A stretch of DNA of 63,261 nucleotides from an uncultured Candidatus Saccharibacteria bacterium (GCA_964550425.1 CAZJZB010000004.1:1-63261), one strand, 5' to 3'. Positions 7,944 to 17,353 are shown, counted from the first letter of the stretch. Notes: generated from the letters alone by a model not told the origin. Program-made: numbers and translations.

Positions 7944-9409
7944 GATTCGGTAACGACGAAGGCGATTATTTCGTCGCCGTAGGCAGCATTCTCGCGCGCT
8001 TCGATCTCAATGCCGAAGTCACCCTCGGTTTTTATCTCTTTAGCATCCGCGCGCGCCTGCTGCAGGTTCGTGATGCTGCCGCGCGCGATTTCTGCCTCGC
8101 GGCGAAGTATTTTCATGCGATTTCCGACAGCGAGGATGCCGGAAACATAGCGCGCACCGAGGACTTGTTTCTTCCCGCTTGACGAGAAGGATTTCAGCAC
8201 CATCGCGCGCCCCAGTTCTTTCTCGGAGGCGATAACAGGAACACGTCCAACGAGGAGTCCGGCTATTTTCTCAGCAAGTTCGTAAATAATGGAGAAAGAA
8301 AGGATATCGATATGGTCCCGTTCTGCGAGCTCGCTGGCGATAGCATCAATTGATACGTTAAATGCGACGATAACTCCGCCGGCGGCGTACGCGGTCTTGA
8401 CATCGGTTTCCGAGACGCTGCCGACACCGGAAGAAACGATGCGGATGGAAGCCCGTTCATGGGTGATTTTCTTCAGTTCGTGCGCGATGGCATCCACCGA
8501 TCCTGCAACATCCGCCTTCACGATAAGGGGAAGTTCGGTGATGCCTTCGATTGCCGCAGTACGCTCCGGTGCTGTCATAATCGTTTTCGCATATTCATTC
8601 GCAAGAAGTTCCGCCTCCTTTTTATTCTTTGCGATGCTGAAAAGCGAACCCGCCGTGGGGAGTTTGCTGAACCCAGAAATTCGCACCGGTTCCGAAGGCC
8701 CTGCGGTCTCCACGCGCTTGCCGCGAAAATCCTCTATGAATCGTATTGGGGCGAACGCGTCGCCGGCGACAACAAATCCATCGAGCGTTAGTGTCCCGTC
8801 TTTTATGATGAGTGTCGCCGATGCGCCGCGCTTGGCATCCTGCGTCGATTCAAGTATGAAGCCGGTCGCGCTCGCGGCCGGATCGGCAGTGAACTCCGCG
8901 AGGTCAGCGGAGAGGAGGACCAGATCCAGAAGTTCCGGAATACCTTCGCCGGTTTTGGAGGAGACAAGCGCAAATGCGATATCGCCACCCATACCTTCTA
9001 TGAATATGCCGTGCTCAATAAGCGAATTTTTGGTATGGCCGATGTCAGCGTTGTTCTTGTCTATCTTGGTGATAGCCACGATATAGGGAATCTTCGCTTC
9101 GGTGATGGCTGCGAGCGCGTCGAGTGTCTGTGGCATCACACCCTCGTCCGCGGCGACAACGAGGATGGCGATATCTGCTGCTGCCGCGCCGCGAGTGCGC
9201 AGCGCCTTGAAGGCCTCGTGCCCGGGCGTGTCGAGGAAGGTGACCGGCCGGCCGTTGTGGAGCGCAATGTATGCGGCGACATGCTGTGTGATGCCTCCCG
9301 CCTCGCCCGCGACAATATTCGCCTTCCGGATGTAATCCAGAAGCGACGACTTACCATGGTCTATGTGGCCCATCACCGCGATGATGGGCGGTCTTGGGAC
9401 TCGCGCCAT
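7940..9409 (-). CDS. infB: translation initiation factor IF-2 (short form lacking the long N-terminal region)
   Basis: G-domain motifs [20 protein letters not shown] and TKID, followed by C-terminal IF-2 domains. Confidence 0.9.
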   Translation of the reverse strand: MARVPRPPIIAVMGHIDHGKSSLLDYIRKANIVAGEAGGITQHVAAYIALHNGRPVTFLDTPGHEAFKALRTRGAAAADIAILVVAADEGVMPQTLDALAAITEAKIPYIVAITKIDKNNADIGHTKNSLIEHGIFIEGMGGDIAFALVSSKTGEGIPELLDLVLLSADLAEFTADPAASATGFILESTQDAKRGASATLIIKDGTLTLDGFVVAGDAFAPIRFIEDFRGKRVETAGPSEPVRISGFSKLPTAGSLFSIAKNKKEAELLANEYAKTIMTAPERTAAIEGITELPLIVKADVAGSVDAIAHELKKITHERASIRIVSSGVGSVSETDVKTAYAAGGVIVAFNVSIDAIASELAERDHIDILSFSIIYELAEKIAGLLVGRVPVIASEKELGRAMVLKSFSSSGKKQVLGARYVSGILAVGNRMKILRREAEIARGSITNLQQARADAKEIKTEGDFGIEIEARENAAYGDEIIAFVVTES

Positions 9410-9484
9410 AATGGTTCTATTTCATCACAAAAATGATACGATTGCAATTTTGTACCAAGCGGCCCTAAGGGATAGAATGAGAAA

Positions 9485-10663
9485 ATGTTTTGGAAGCGGA
9501 GAATATATCTTGATAATGCTGCAGGCGTGATGCCTAACCCGTCATCGCCGCATGAAGAGGGAAGGCGGGCTAAGAACATGTTGGAAGACGCGCGGACGGT
9601 TATCGCGCGCCTCGTCGAGGTACAACCGGACGATGTTATTTTCACGAGCGGCGCGACCGAGAGTAACGCGCTCGCCATTCTTGGGCATGTGCGAGCTCTT
9701 CGTGCGGCAGGAACGAAAGATATTCATATGTTATATCTGCCGAGCGCGCATGCATCTATCGTTGAAAATGCAAAAATGCTTTCTGCGGAAGGTGTAAAGG
9801 TAGATATTCTTCCAGTGAAGGATTATCGCGTTGATATAGAAGAGCTTAAGAAGATGCTTACGCCTGAGACAGTGCTCGTTTCCATGGAGGCGGTGTGCGG
9901 TGAGACGGGAGTCGTGTGGAACACACGCGAGGTCGCGGGGATGTTGAAAAAATTTAGCACGGGCGCACTGAAAAAAGGAAGCGCTCAGGCCGCTAGGCCG
10001 ATTCAACATCCTTTTTTCAGTGCGCCCGTGCTGCATGTTGACGCGAGCCAGGCACCTCTGACCGAGAAAATAACGCGCGCGCATTTCGCCGCGGATATGC
10101 TCACACTTGATGCGGCAAAGGTCTCCACTGCTCGCGGCATCGGCGCGTTTATTGCACACCGCACAATTCCAATCGTTCCTCTCTACGCGGGCGGCGGCCA
10201 AGAACGCGGATTACGTTCAGGAAGCGAGGCGCCGGAACTCGCGAGGAGTTTTGCGGCGGCGGTTGCCGCCGCTGCATCCGGGCGCGAGAAGTTCCGTGCT
10301 TCTGCCGAGCGTGATCGTGCGAACCTTATCAGCATGATTGTTGCCGGTATTCCGAATGTGCAAGTGCAAGAGGGCCGATTTCAGGCACCCCACATTCTCA
10401 ATCTTTCGTTTCCGAACCGTGACACCGATTATCTCGTCGCGCTCCTTGATGAAGCGGGTTTCGCCGTCTCGTCGCGGAGCGCCTGCGAGACGGATTCGCA
10501 GGTGGGTTCGCGGGCCGTTCTGGTCCTGACCGGCGACCCGGAGCGCACCCGTGCGACACTGCGTATATCCTGGGGCCCCAATGTTTCTCCGCATTCGTTT
10601 ACTCGCTTTGCCCGTGCGCTTCAAGAGACCGTTGCGTTTATTGACAGTGACGGCCGAAGGTAG
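9485..10663 (+). CDS. class V aminotransferase / cysteine desulfurase-like (NifS/IscS-like)
   Basis: Motifs IYLDNAAG and FTSGATESNALAI, with the overall class V layout. It carries the in-frame hairpin insertion at 9961-10027. Confidence 0.7.
   Translation: MFWKRRIYLDNAAGVMPNPSSPHEEGRRAKNMLEDARTVIARLVEVQPDDVIFTSGATESNALAILGHVRALRAAGTKDIHMLYLPSAHASIVENAKMLSAEGVKVDILPVKDYRVDIEELKKMLTPETVLVSMEAVCGETGVVWNTREVAGMLKKFSTGALKKGSAQAARPIQHPFFSAPVLHVDASQAPLTEKITRAHFAADMLTLDAAKVSTARGIGAFIAHRTIPIVPLYAGGGQERGLRSGSEAPELARSFAAAVAAAASGREKFRASAERDRANLISMIVAGIPNVQVQEGRFQAPHILNLSFPNRDTDYLVALLDEAGFAVSSRSACETDSQVGSRAVLVLTGDPERTRATLRISWGPNVSPHSFTRFARALQETVAFIDSDGRR
9961..10027 (+). repeat. in-frame hairpin element, copy 1 (19-bp perfect stem, conserved 29-nt loop)
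   Basis: gggcgcactgaaaaaagga (9961-9979) is the exact reverse complement of tccttttttcagtgcgccc (10009-10027). The loop agcgctcaggccgctaggccgattcaaca is identical to 28806-28834. Confidence 0.8.
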
Positions 10664-10675
10664 CATTATGGGAGC

Positions 10676-11449
10676 ATGAATATAGAGGAACTCTCAAAGT
10701 CCCAACTCATTCTTCTCACGATCCTTGTGAACTTTGTGACCTCGGTTGCAACCGGCATCTTGACGATTTCGTTGCTTAACAAGGCGCCGCCTTTTGTTGT
10801 GCAAACAGTGAATCGTGTTGTCGAGCGTACGATCGAGACGGTTGCGCAAGTGGCGCCTGCCGCGGTTCTCCAGGCACCCGCGCCTTCCAATCAAGATCTC
10901 GTCATGAATGCGCTTGGCCTGGACGCATCCCGCATTGTTGCAATCTATGTCGCGGAGAGCGGCACCTCAACGCCAGCCGTCTCCGTCGGCACCTATCTTT
11001 CCAAGACGCGCGCTGTTGTGACCGCGGCGCAGGACGTATTGCCGAAGGAGGCGCTTATCAAGTTCCCGAACGGCGCTTTCATTGCTGCATCTCTCGCACA
11101 CGAAGGCGGCGGCATCACTATTTACGGTTTCGCGGATGATGCAGTATTGCCGAAAGCTACGTCGCCGATCCTCGTCGCTGCGGGCGACTTGAAACTCGGT
11201 CAAACGGCGCTTGCTCTCGGTGCTGACGGTTCTGCTTCTACCGGCATCGTCGCGCGCGTCGGCGATAAAAGTATTCACACGACGCTGCCGGATATAGGTA
11301 CTGGAAGCGCCGCAGTAGATCTTGCAGGTAATCTTATCGGCATTGCCGCCGGAGGGACGCCGGGGCTTCTTATTCCTACGAACAAAATAACCGCGCTTCT
11401 TACTGCGACAACGACCGCTGCAACTTCAACACCAATCGCACTAAAATAA
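10676..11449 (+). CDS. membrane-anchored hypothetical protein with a degenerate trypsin-like (S1C-like) domain
   Basis: N-terminal TM helix. The C-terminal segment GTGSAAVDLAGNLIGIAAGG resembles the GNSGGPL..G.VIGI serine-protease motif, but the catalytic Ser position is not conserved. Confidence 0.4.
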   Translation: MNIEELSKSQLILLTILVNFVTSVATGILTISLLNKAPPFVVQTVNRVVERTIETVAQVAPAAVLQAPAPSNQDLVMNALGLDASRIVAIYVAESGTSTPAVSVGTYLSKTRAVVTAAQDVLPKEALIKFPNGAFIAASLAHEGGGITIYGFADDAVLPKATSPILVAAGDLKLGQTALALGADGSASTGIVARVGDKSIHTTLPDIGTGSAAVDLAGNLIGIAAGGTPGLLIPTNKITALLTATTTAATSTPIALK

Positions 11450-11459
11450 CCTTTCACGT

Positions 11460-14144
11460 ATGATGCCCCCTTTCAATAATTTCACTACCAAAGCCAAAGA
11501 AGCGGTGCGCCGCGCGCATGAGATTGCGATAGAACGCGGACAAAATCACGTTTCGCCGCTCCATCTGCTCGCTGCCCTCGTTCTCCAGGAAGAATCACTC
11601 GTCTTTTCCATGCTCGACAAAATGGAAGTGGATACCAACATGCTTGCGGACGCTGTGCTTGAACATCTTGAGACGCCCGAAAATGCATCAGTTCTCTCGC
11701 CCGCATATCAGATCTATCTTACGCCCGATCTCGCACAGGCGCTTGAAGCATCTGGAAAAATAGCTGCAAGGATGAACGACACGTTCGTCGGCACCGAACA
11801 TCTCTTTCTTGCCGTCATTGAACATCCGGGTAGCGCCGCGGACATTTTCACTCGTTTTTCAATAGGCCGTGACGCTGCAATCGCCATCCTCAAAGAACTC
11901 AAAAGTTCCAAGGATGGACAAATCGTAGAACCAAAGCGTTTCCGCGCGCTCGCCAAGTATGCGCGCAACCTCACCAAGCTCGCCGCCGAGAATAAACTCG
12001 ATCCGGTCATCGGCCGCGATCAGGAGATTAATCGAGTTATTCAAATTCTCGCGCGCCGAACGAAGAACAACCCGGTTCTCATCGGCGAAGCGGGTGTAGG
12101 GAAGACGGCGATTGCCGAAGGGCTCGCTGCGCGCATGGCGGCGAATGACGTTCCCGAATCGCTCAAAAGCAAGGAGCTTCTCTCGCTCGATCTGGGGCTT
12201 ATGATTGCCGGCACCAAATATCGCGGTGAGTTTGAAGAGCGGATGAAGAATGTCATGAAAGAAGTGGAGCGCGCTGAAGGGAAGGTGATTCTCTTCGTAG
12301 ACGAACTCCACACGCTCGTTGGCGCCGGCGGCGCTGAGGGCTCTTTGGATGCGTCAAATATGCTAAAGCCGGCTCTTTCTCGCGGCGAGATTCGTGTGAT
12401 TGGCGCGACGACGCTGAAGGAATATCAGAAATATATTGAGAAGGATGCCGCGCTCACGCGCCGTTTCCAATCGGTATTCGTGCAAGAGCCGTCGGTTGAA
12501 GATGGTATCGCCATTCTCCGCGGACTGCGCGACAAATACGAACTCTTTCACGGCGTGCGTATCACCGATGGCGCCATTGTCGCCGCCGTCGAGCTCTCGT
12601 CGCGGTATATCAGCGACCGCTATCTTCCGGACAAGGCCATCGATCTCATTGACGAGGCGGCATCAGGGCTTCGCATTGCGCTTGAGAACAAACCGCCTCT
12701 CTTGGAAGAGACCGATCGCAAGATACGCCGTCTTGAGATTGAGCGGCAAGCGCTTCAAAAAGACCTGGAGGGCGAACATGCTAAAGAGATTAAAGAACGC
12801 ATCAAGACCATTGATGCAGACATTGCCGACTTTAAGGAGAAAACGAGCGAGCTTGAACTCAAATGGAAAAATGAGAAAGATATATTGGGCGGTATCCGCG
12901 CCGCTAAGACCGAGCTTGAAGCACTGAAAATACAGGCCGATAATGCCGAGGTCGCCGCCGACCTCGGTACGGTCGCAGAGATTCGTTACGGCCGCATCCC
13001 GCATATCCAGAAAGATCTGGAGACGAAGCTGAAGCGCCTGAAGATGCTGCAGAAGTCGCGTCGCGTCCTAAATGAAGAGGTGGCCGAACAAGATATTGCC
13101 GGTGTTGTCTCGCGTTGGACCGGAATCCCGGTCTCGCGCATGCTTGAAGAAGAGGTCGTGAAGCTTACCCGCATGGAGGAAACACTGAGGAGCAGCATCA
13201 TCGGTCAGGATATCGCGGTAAAGAAAGTTACCGATGCTGTGAAGCGCTCGCGCGTTGGCATTAGCGACCCGAATCGCCCTATTGGCTCCTTCCTTTTCCT
13301 CGGCCCCACCGGTGTCGGGAAGACCGAATTATCAAGAAAGCTCGCAGAGTTTATGTTTAATGATACGGATGCTCTGGTGCGTGTGGATATGAGCGAATTT
13401 ATGGAAAAGCATTCGGTCGCTAAGCTTATCGGCGCGCCTCCCGGGTATGTCGGCTACGAGGAGGCAGGTACGCTCACCGAACGTATCCGGCACCGCCCAT
13501 ACGCCGTGGTGCTCTTTGATGAGATTGAGAAGGCGCATCCCGAAGTATTCAATATCCTGCTTCAGGTGTTGGATTCCGGCCACCTGACCGACAGCAAGGG
13601 GCGCAAGGTTAATTTCAAGAACACGATTATCGTACTCACCAGCAACATCGGCGGGGAATTTATCGATCGGCTCGCGCATATCGGTTTTGGTACCGCAGGT
13701 GCGACCGACGCGACTCGTTATGAAGAGACAAAGGAGAAGGTCATGGATGCGCTCAAAGAGCACTTCCGCCCCGAGTTCCTCAACCGGCTCGATGACATCA
13801 TTATCTTCGATGTACTTGCGAAGGAGGCGCTTATCCGAATCGTTGATACCCACATCGAGGAAGTGGTAAAGCGGCTCGCACAGAAACGCATTGCGCTCGC
13901 GCTTGCGCCCGAGCTGCGAACATGGCTTGCAGGGAAGGGGTACAATCCGCAATATGGCGCTCGTCCTTTGCGCCGCACAATTCAGGATAAAATACTCACG
14001 CCGCTTGCTTCACTCATGGTTGATCAGGGTCTGATGGAGGGTGGTACGGTGACGGTCTCCATCAAGAATGACGAACCGCATTTTGAGGTGAGCAAGAAGC
14101 GCGTGTCGAAGATGGCGCGCGCAAAAGAAGCGACAGTTGCTTAA
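11460..14144 (+). CDS. clpB: ATP-dependent chaperone ClpB
   Basis: Clp N domain, two AAA+ modules (GEAGVGKTAI and GPTGVGKTEL), and a long coiled-coil M domain between them. Confidence 0.9.
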   Translation: MMPPFNNFTTKAKEAVRRAHEIAIERGQNHVSPLHLLAALVLQEESLVFSMLDKMEVDTNMLADAVLEHLETPENASVLSPAYQIYLTPDLAQALEASGKIAARMNDTFVGTEHLFLAVIEHPGSAADIFTRFSIGRDAAIAILKELKSSKDGQIVEPKRFRALAKYARNLTKLAAENKLDPVIGRDQEINRVIQILARRTKNNPVLIGEAGVGKTAIAEGLAARMAANDVPESLKSKELLSLDLGLMIAGTKYRGEFEERMKNVMKEVERAEGKVILFVDELHTLVGAGGAEGSLDASNMLKPALSRGEIRVIGATTLKEYQKYIEKDAALTRRFQSVFVQEPSVEDGIAILRGLRDKYELFHGVRITDGAIVAAVELSSRYISDRYLPDKAIDLIDEAASGLRIALENKPPLLEETDRKIRRLEIERQALQKDLEGEHAKEIKERIKTIDADIADFKEKTSELELKWKNEKDILGGIRAAKTELEALKIQADNAEVAADLGTVAEIRYGRIPHIQKDLETKLKRLKMLQKSRRVLNEEVAEQDIAGVVSRWTGIPVSRMLEEEVVKLTRMEETLRSSIIGQDIAVKKVTDAVKRSRVGISDPNRPIGSFLFLGPTGVGKTELSRKLAEFMFNDTDALVRVDMSEFMEKHSVAKLIGAPPGYVGYEEAGTLTERIRHRPYAVVLFDEIEKAHPEVFNILLQVLDSGHLTDSKGRKVNFKNTIIVLTSNIGGEFIDRLAHIGFGTAGATDATRYEETKEKVMDALKEHFRPEFLNRLDDIIIFDVLAKEALIRIVDTHIEEVVKRLAQKRIALALAPELRTWLAGKGYNPQYGARPLRRTIQDKILTPLASLMVDQGLMEGGTVTVSIKNDEPHFEVSKKRVSKMARAKEATVA

Positions 14145-14171
14145 TAGTATCTTTTTTGCTACCTTTTTCAT

Positions 14172-14327
14172 ATGTCACAAGATCGCCTGCTCCGGCTCAA
14201 GTCCACAAAGTCCAAACACGTCATATGGACTCGCAAGAATAAGAAGTCAACTGAACGCAAAATCGAACTCATAAAGTTTGATCCGACACTGCGCAAGCGC
14301 GTTATCTTCAAAGAAGCGAAGAGATAA
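14172..14327 (+). CDS. rpmG: 50S ribosomal protein L33
   Basis: The hand translation is MSQDRLLRLKSTKSKHVIWTRKNKKSTERKIELIKFDPTLRKRVIFKEAKR (51 aa). It falls below the ORF-track cutoff and is followed by a strong terminator. Confidence 0.8.
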   Translation: MSQDRLLRLKSTKSKHVIWTRKNKKSTERKIELIKFDPTLRKRVIFKEAKR

Positions 14328-14331
14328 CATC

Positions 14332-14367
14332 AAAACAGAAACCGCCCGAAAGGGCGGTTTCTGTTTT
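14332..14367. terminator. bidirectional intrinsic terminator hairpin
   Basis: Perfect 16-bp stem aaaacagaaaccgccc/gggcggtttctgtttt with a GAAA loop, flanked by an A-tract and a T-tract. Confidence 0.8.
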
Positions 14368-14369
14368 GG

Positions 14370-14440
14370 CGGGCCCACCAGGGATCGGACCTGGGCTGTC
14401 GGTTTTGGAGACCGATGTACTACCACTATACGATGGACCC
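14370..14440 (-). tRNA. tRNA-Trp (anticodon CCA)
   Basis: Acceptor GGGTCCA/TGGGCCC, anticodon stem TCGGT/ACCGA, loop CTCCAAA, T-loop TCCGATC. Confidence 0.8.
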
Positions 14441-14509
14441 GTGTAAGAAAGATAACAGATAAGGGAGTGGGGGAAAAGCCGCGCACCAGCAGCTGGTGCG
14501 CGGTATGAT

Positions 14510-15676
14510 ATGACCATGCGTTCCCGCGTTCCATTATTTGCACTCCTGTTCGTAGCAGGTTCGCTTGTACTACCTCTTGTCGCGCATGCGGGCGGGATAC
14601 CGTTCCTCGGTCCTATTATTCCGCAGGGCACTTTCATTCCCGAAGGTACTATTGGTCCCACCACTATGTCTCAGGCAACCTGCCCACTCGGCTGGGGAGC
14701 ACTCATAAATGTCATCAACAACATCATCAGTTTTCTCATCACGATCGCTATCGTCTTTATCGCGCCCTTGATGATTGCCTATTCCGGATTCCTCTTCGTC
14801 GTGAATCCGGTAAACCCGAGCGGCAGAGAGGATGCGAAGAATATTCTTAGCCACACGATCGTCGGCATCGTCATCGCGCTTTCCGGATGGCTCATTGTTA
14901 GTGCTGTTATGGCAGTGCTCTACGATTCAAAAGCATTCGGCAAAAACTGGTCGGATCTCATCACTTCGGACGGCGTCTCCTGTCTCGAGCAAGCGGGCGC
15001 ACTTGGAGAAACGTCAAGTCAAGTCAGTCGCGCGCCGACTCTTACTGTCGCACCACAACCAAGCATACCGACTTCTGATATATTGCAAAAGCCACCATCC
15101 GAACCGACTACCGCGCTACCATTTAAGCCCACTATGACCGAGGGAGCAATTAAAAGCGCCGCTCTCGGTGCAAAGGCCTTTAAAGATTTTGCATGTGCCA
15201 CTGCCATGAAGGAAGGTATTCCAGGAGAGTGCAATCAAATTCTCGGAATCATTGCTATCGAATCAGAAGGAAACCAGAACATTATTAGTCCTAAGGGAGC
15301 CATTGGTGTTATGCAACTCATTCCAACCACAGCTGCTGGTGCGGGCGTCTCTGCTTGTAAAGGATCAACAAATATCAACCCATCGCCAGAGTGCGTTTCC
15401 GCACTAAGAGACCCAAAGACCAATATACAGGCCGGTGTAATGGAGTATGCAAAGCTTTATAAAAAGTTCAACAATAATACGACGAATGCCACGGCAGCAT
15501 ATAATGCCGGAAGCGGGAGCGGTTTGACTCAAGATGGAAAGAAAAATGCATTTGCGCCAAGTACCGATTGTCCAGGATTAGTAGCGTGGCAGTGCCCAAT
15601 AAATCCAGGCGGACTTATCGAAACGCAGAGATATGTCCCGAACGTGGCGGCAGCCGCAAAGTTTCTTTCAAGCTAA
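14510..15676 (+). CDS. fusion protein: pilin-like 2-TM N-terminal domain plus C-terminal lytic transglycosylase (SLT, VirB1-like) domain
   Basis: Signal peptide and two TM helices with the loop NPVNPSGREDAKNIL, as in the pilin paralogs. A P/S/T linker follows, then SLT motifs IIAIESEGN, GVMQLIP and AYNAGSG. Confidence 0.7.
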   Translation: MTMRSRVPLFALLFVAGSLVLPLVAHAGGIPFLGPIIPQGTFIPEGTIGPTTMSQATCPLGWGALINVINNIISFLITIAIVFIAPLMIAYSGFLFVVNPVNPSGREDAKNILSHTIVGIVIALSGWLIVSAVMAVLYDSKAFGKNWSDLITSDGVSCLEQAGALGETSSQVSRAPTLTVAPQPSIPTSDILQKPPSEPTTALPFKPTMTEGAIKSAALGAKAFKDFACATAMKEGIPGECNQILGIIAIESEGNQNIISPKGAIGVMQLIPTTAAGAGVSACKGSTNINPSPECVSALRDPKTNIQAGVMEYAKLYKKFNNNTTNATAAYNAGSGSGLTQDGKKNAFAPSTDCPGLVAWQCPINPGGLIETQRYVPNVAAAAKFLSS

Positions 15677-15702
15677 TTCCCATTCTCGGCGTGCAGTAAA
15701 AA

Positions 15703-16575
15703 TTAGGACATCGGATGTCCTAACTTGCGCAGCCAGGCTTTTTGGCGTCTGGCATACTGCCAAAGTTTCGCCGAGAGGGCCGGTAGGAGTACTTCGCTGC
15801 GCTCAGTACCTCCGGCGCGTAGATACTCTCCGATTATGCGATACTCGAGCCCAAATTCGTTGAGCCGTATATCGCCGACCATTTCTCGAATAGTGCGTAC
15901 TTCATCAATAAGTCCGCGCGCAAACGCGCTTTCCAGCCGCGTGTCTATTCTCGCGCGCAACTCTTCTTTTGGCGGGTCAATCACTATCCATTCAACAAGG
16001 TATCCACAACTTGTGCCTATAGGCACATCTTTTGGATACCTTGATGGGACGGTGCCGAGTGAGGCGATTATTTCCAAGGCGCGGATGAGTCGGCGGCGGT
16101 TTTTAGGATCCAATTCTGCCCCTCGGCGCGCGTCCGCCAAGCGGACACGCGCATAGAGTTCGTTCGTGGAAAGCGTTTCAAGTTCTTCGCGAAGCAGGGG
16201 ATTTGCATCAATACCCATCGGCAGGCCGTGAAGAAGTGCATGGAAATAGAAATGCGTTCCTCCGACAAGGATGGGAAGTTTTCCGCGATCCGAAATATCT
16301 TCAATAAGGCGTGTCGCATCCGCCACGAAGTCACCTGCAGAATACGCCTCATGCGGGTCGCGGATATCGATAAGATGATGGGGAACGCCACACATCTCCT
16401 CGGCGGTTATTTTTTCTGTGCCAATATCAAGTTCGTGGTATACTTGTCGCGAATCAACCGAAATAATCTCGCCACCACGCACAAGTGCTTCTTCAATTGC
16501 CCGCGAGGATTTGCCCGAAGCAGTTGGGCCTACTACGCATACAATTTGCCTTGCCATTGCGCACGATGGTATCAT
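15703..16575 (-). CDS. miaA: tRNA dimethylallyltransferase
   Basis: Motifs VVGPTASGKSS, ISVDSRQVYHELDIGTEKIT, VPHHLIDI and PILVGGTHFY. The start may instead be the second Met, at 16554 (codon 16552-16554). Confidence 0.85.
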   Translation of the reverse strand: MIPSCAMARQIVCVVGPTASGKSSRAIEEALVRGGEIISVDSRQVYHELDIGTEKITAEEMCGVPHHLIDIRDPHEAYSAGDFVADATRLIEDISDRGKLPILVGGTHFYFHALLHGLPMGIDANPLLREELETLSTNELYARVRLADARRGAELDPKNRRRLIRALEIIASLGTVPSRYPKDVPIGTSCGYLVEWIVIDPPKEELRARIDTRLESAFARGLIDEVRTIREMVGDIRLNEFGLEYRIIGEYLRAGGTERSEVLLPALSAKLWQYARRQKAWLRKLGHPMS

Positions 16576-16586
16576 GAGAATAGCTA

Positions 16587-16649
16587 TTAGGCGCTAGGCT
16601 TTAGGCATTAGATATAACAAAAAGCTAACGCCTAGTGCCTAACGCTTAA
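16587..16649. promoter_or_regulatory. 25-bp imperfect inverted repeat built from TAGGC units, in the miaA / peroxiredoxin divergent intergenic region
   Basis: ttaggcgctaggctttaggcattag (16587-16611) matches the reverse complement of ctaacgcctagtgcctaacgcttaa (16625-16649) at 20 of 25 positions, with a 13-nt spacer. Confidence 0.45.
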
Positions 16650-16661
16650 CCAACTATTTTT

Positions 16662-17321
16662 ATGAAAGAGACCAAAAGCAATTATTGCGAGAACTGCGGC
16701 GAGTTCCATGATTTCGTGCGCGATCACACTTCACAGGTGAAGGTCGGCGCCCCGATACCCGATTTTGAATTTGAGGCCTATCATCAGGGAACCATTACCA
16801 CCATGAGCATCTCGCAACTGCGCGGGAAGTGGGTGGTTCTCGTTTTCTACCCCGCTGACTTCACCTTCATCTGTCCGACAGAGCTTGAAGAGCTCGCGGG
16901 ACTCTATTCGAAGTTCAAAGAATTGAACGCCGAGATCGTCTCATGCTCCACGGATACCGTCTTTACGCATAAGGCATGGCACGATACTTCCTCCGGTATT
17001 AAAAAGATTTCGTATCCGATGGCGGCGGATCCTTCCGGCAAGCTCGCGTACGCCTTTGGCGTCCTTGTTGAAGGCGGCGAGACAACATTCACTCCGGACG
17101 AGGGATTGGCGCTTCGCGGCACCTTCATCATTGATCCGGCTGGTATTCTGCGTTCGATGGAAATAAACGATAATTCAATCGGCCGTAAGGGCGCCGAGAC
17201 GCTCCGCAAGCTCCAAGCGGCGCAGTATGTGGAAACGCATAAGGGGAAAGTATGTCCCGCTTCCTGGGAGCCAGGGGGCGATACGCTTGAGCCGGGGTTG
17301 GATTTGGTAGGGAAGTTATAG
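16662..17321 (+). CDS. typical 2-Cys peroxiredoxin (AhpC/Prx1 type) with a Cys-containing N-terminal extension
   Basis: Motif FYPADFTFICPTELEE and resolving-Cys region VCPASW. The N-terminal extension is NYCENCGEFHDF. Confidence 0.85.
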   Translation: MKETKSNYCENCGEFHDFVRDHTSQVKVGAPIPDFEFEAYHQGTITTMSISQLRGKWVVLVFYPADFTFICPTELEELAGLYSKFKELNAEIVSCSTDTVFTHKAWHDTSSGIKKISYPMAADPSGKLAYAFGVLVEGGETTFTPDEGLALRGTFIIDPAGILRSMEINDNSIGRKGAETLRKLQAAQYVETHKGKVCPASWEPGGDTLEPGLDLVGKL

Positions 17322-17353
17322 AGGGACAATCTGTTTTTCGACAAAAAGAGAAA

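Noticed and set aside
8289-9086. A 265-aa plus-strand ORF opposite infB.
   Set aside because: It is a shadow ORF in a GC-rich gene. IF-2 G-domain motifs are on the minus strand.
16587-16611. TTAGGC units resemble a telomere-type repeat.
   Set aside because: There are only three irregularly spaced units per arm in a bacterial intergenic inverted repeat. An operator-like reading is more sensible.
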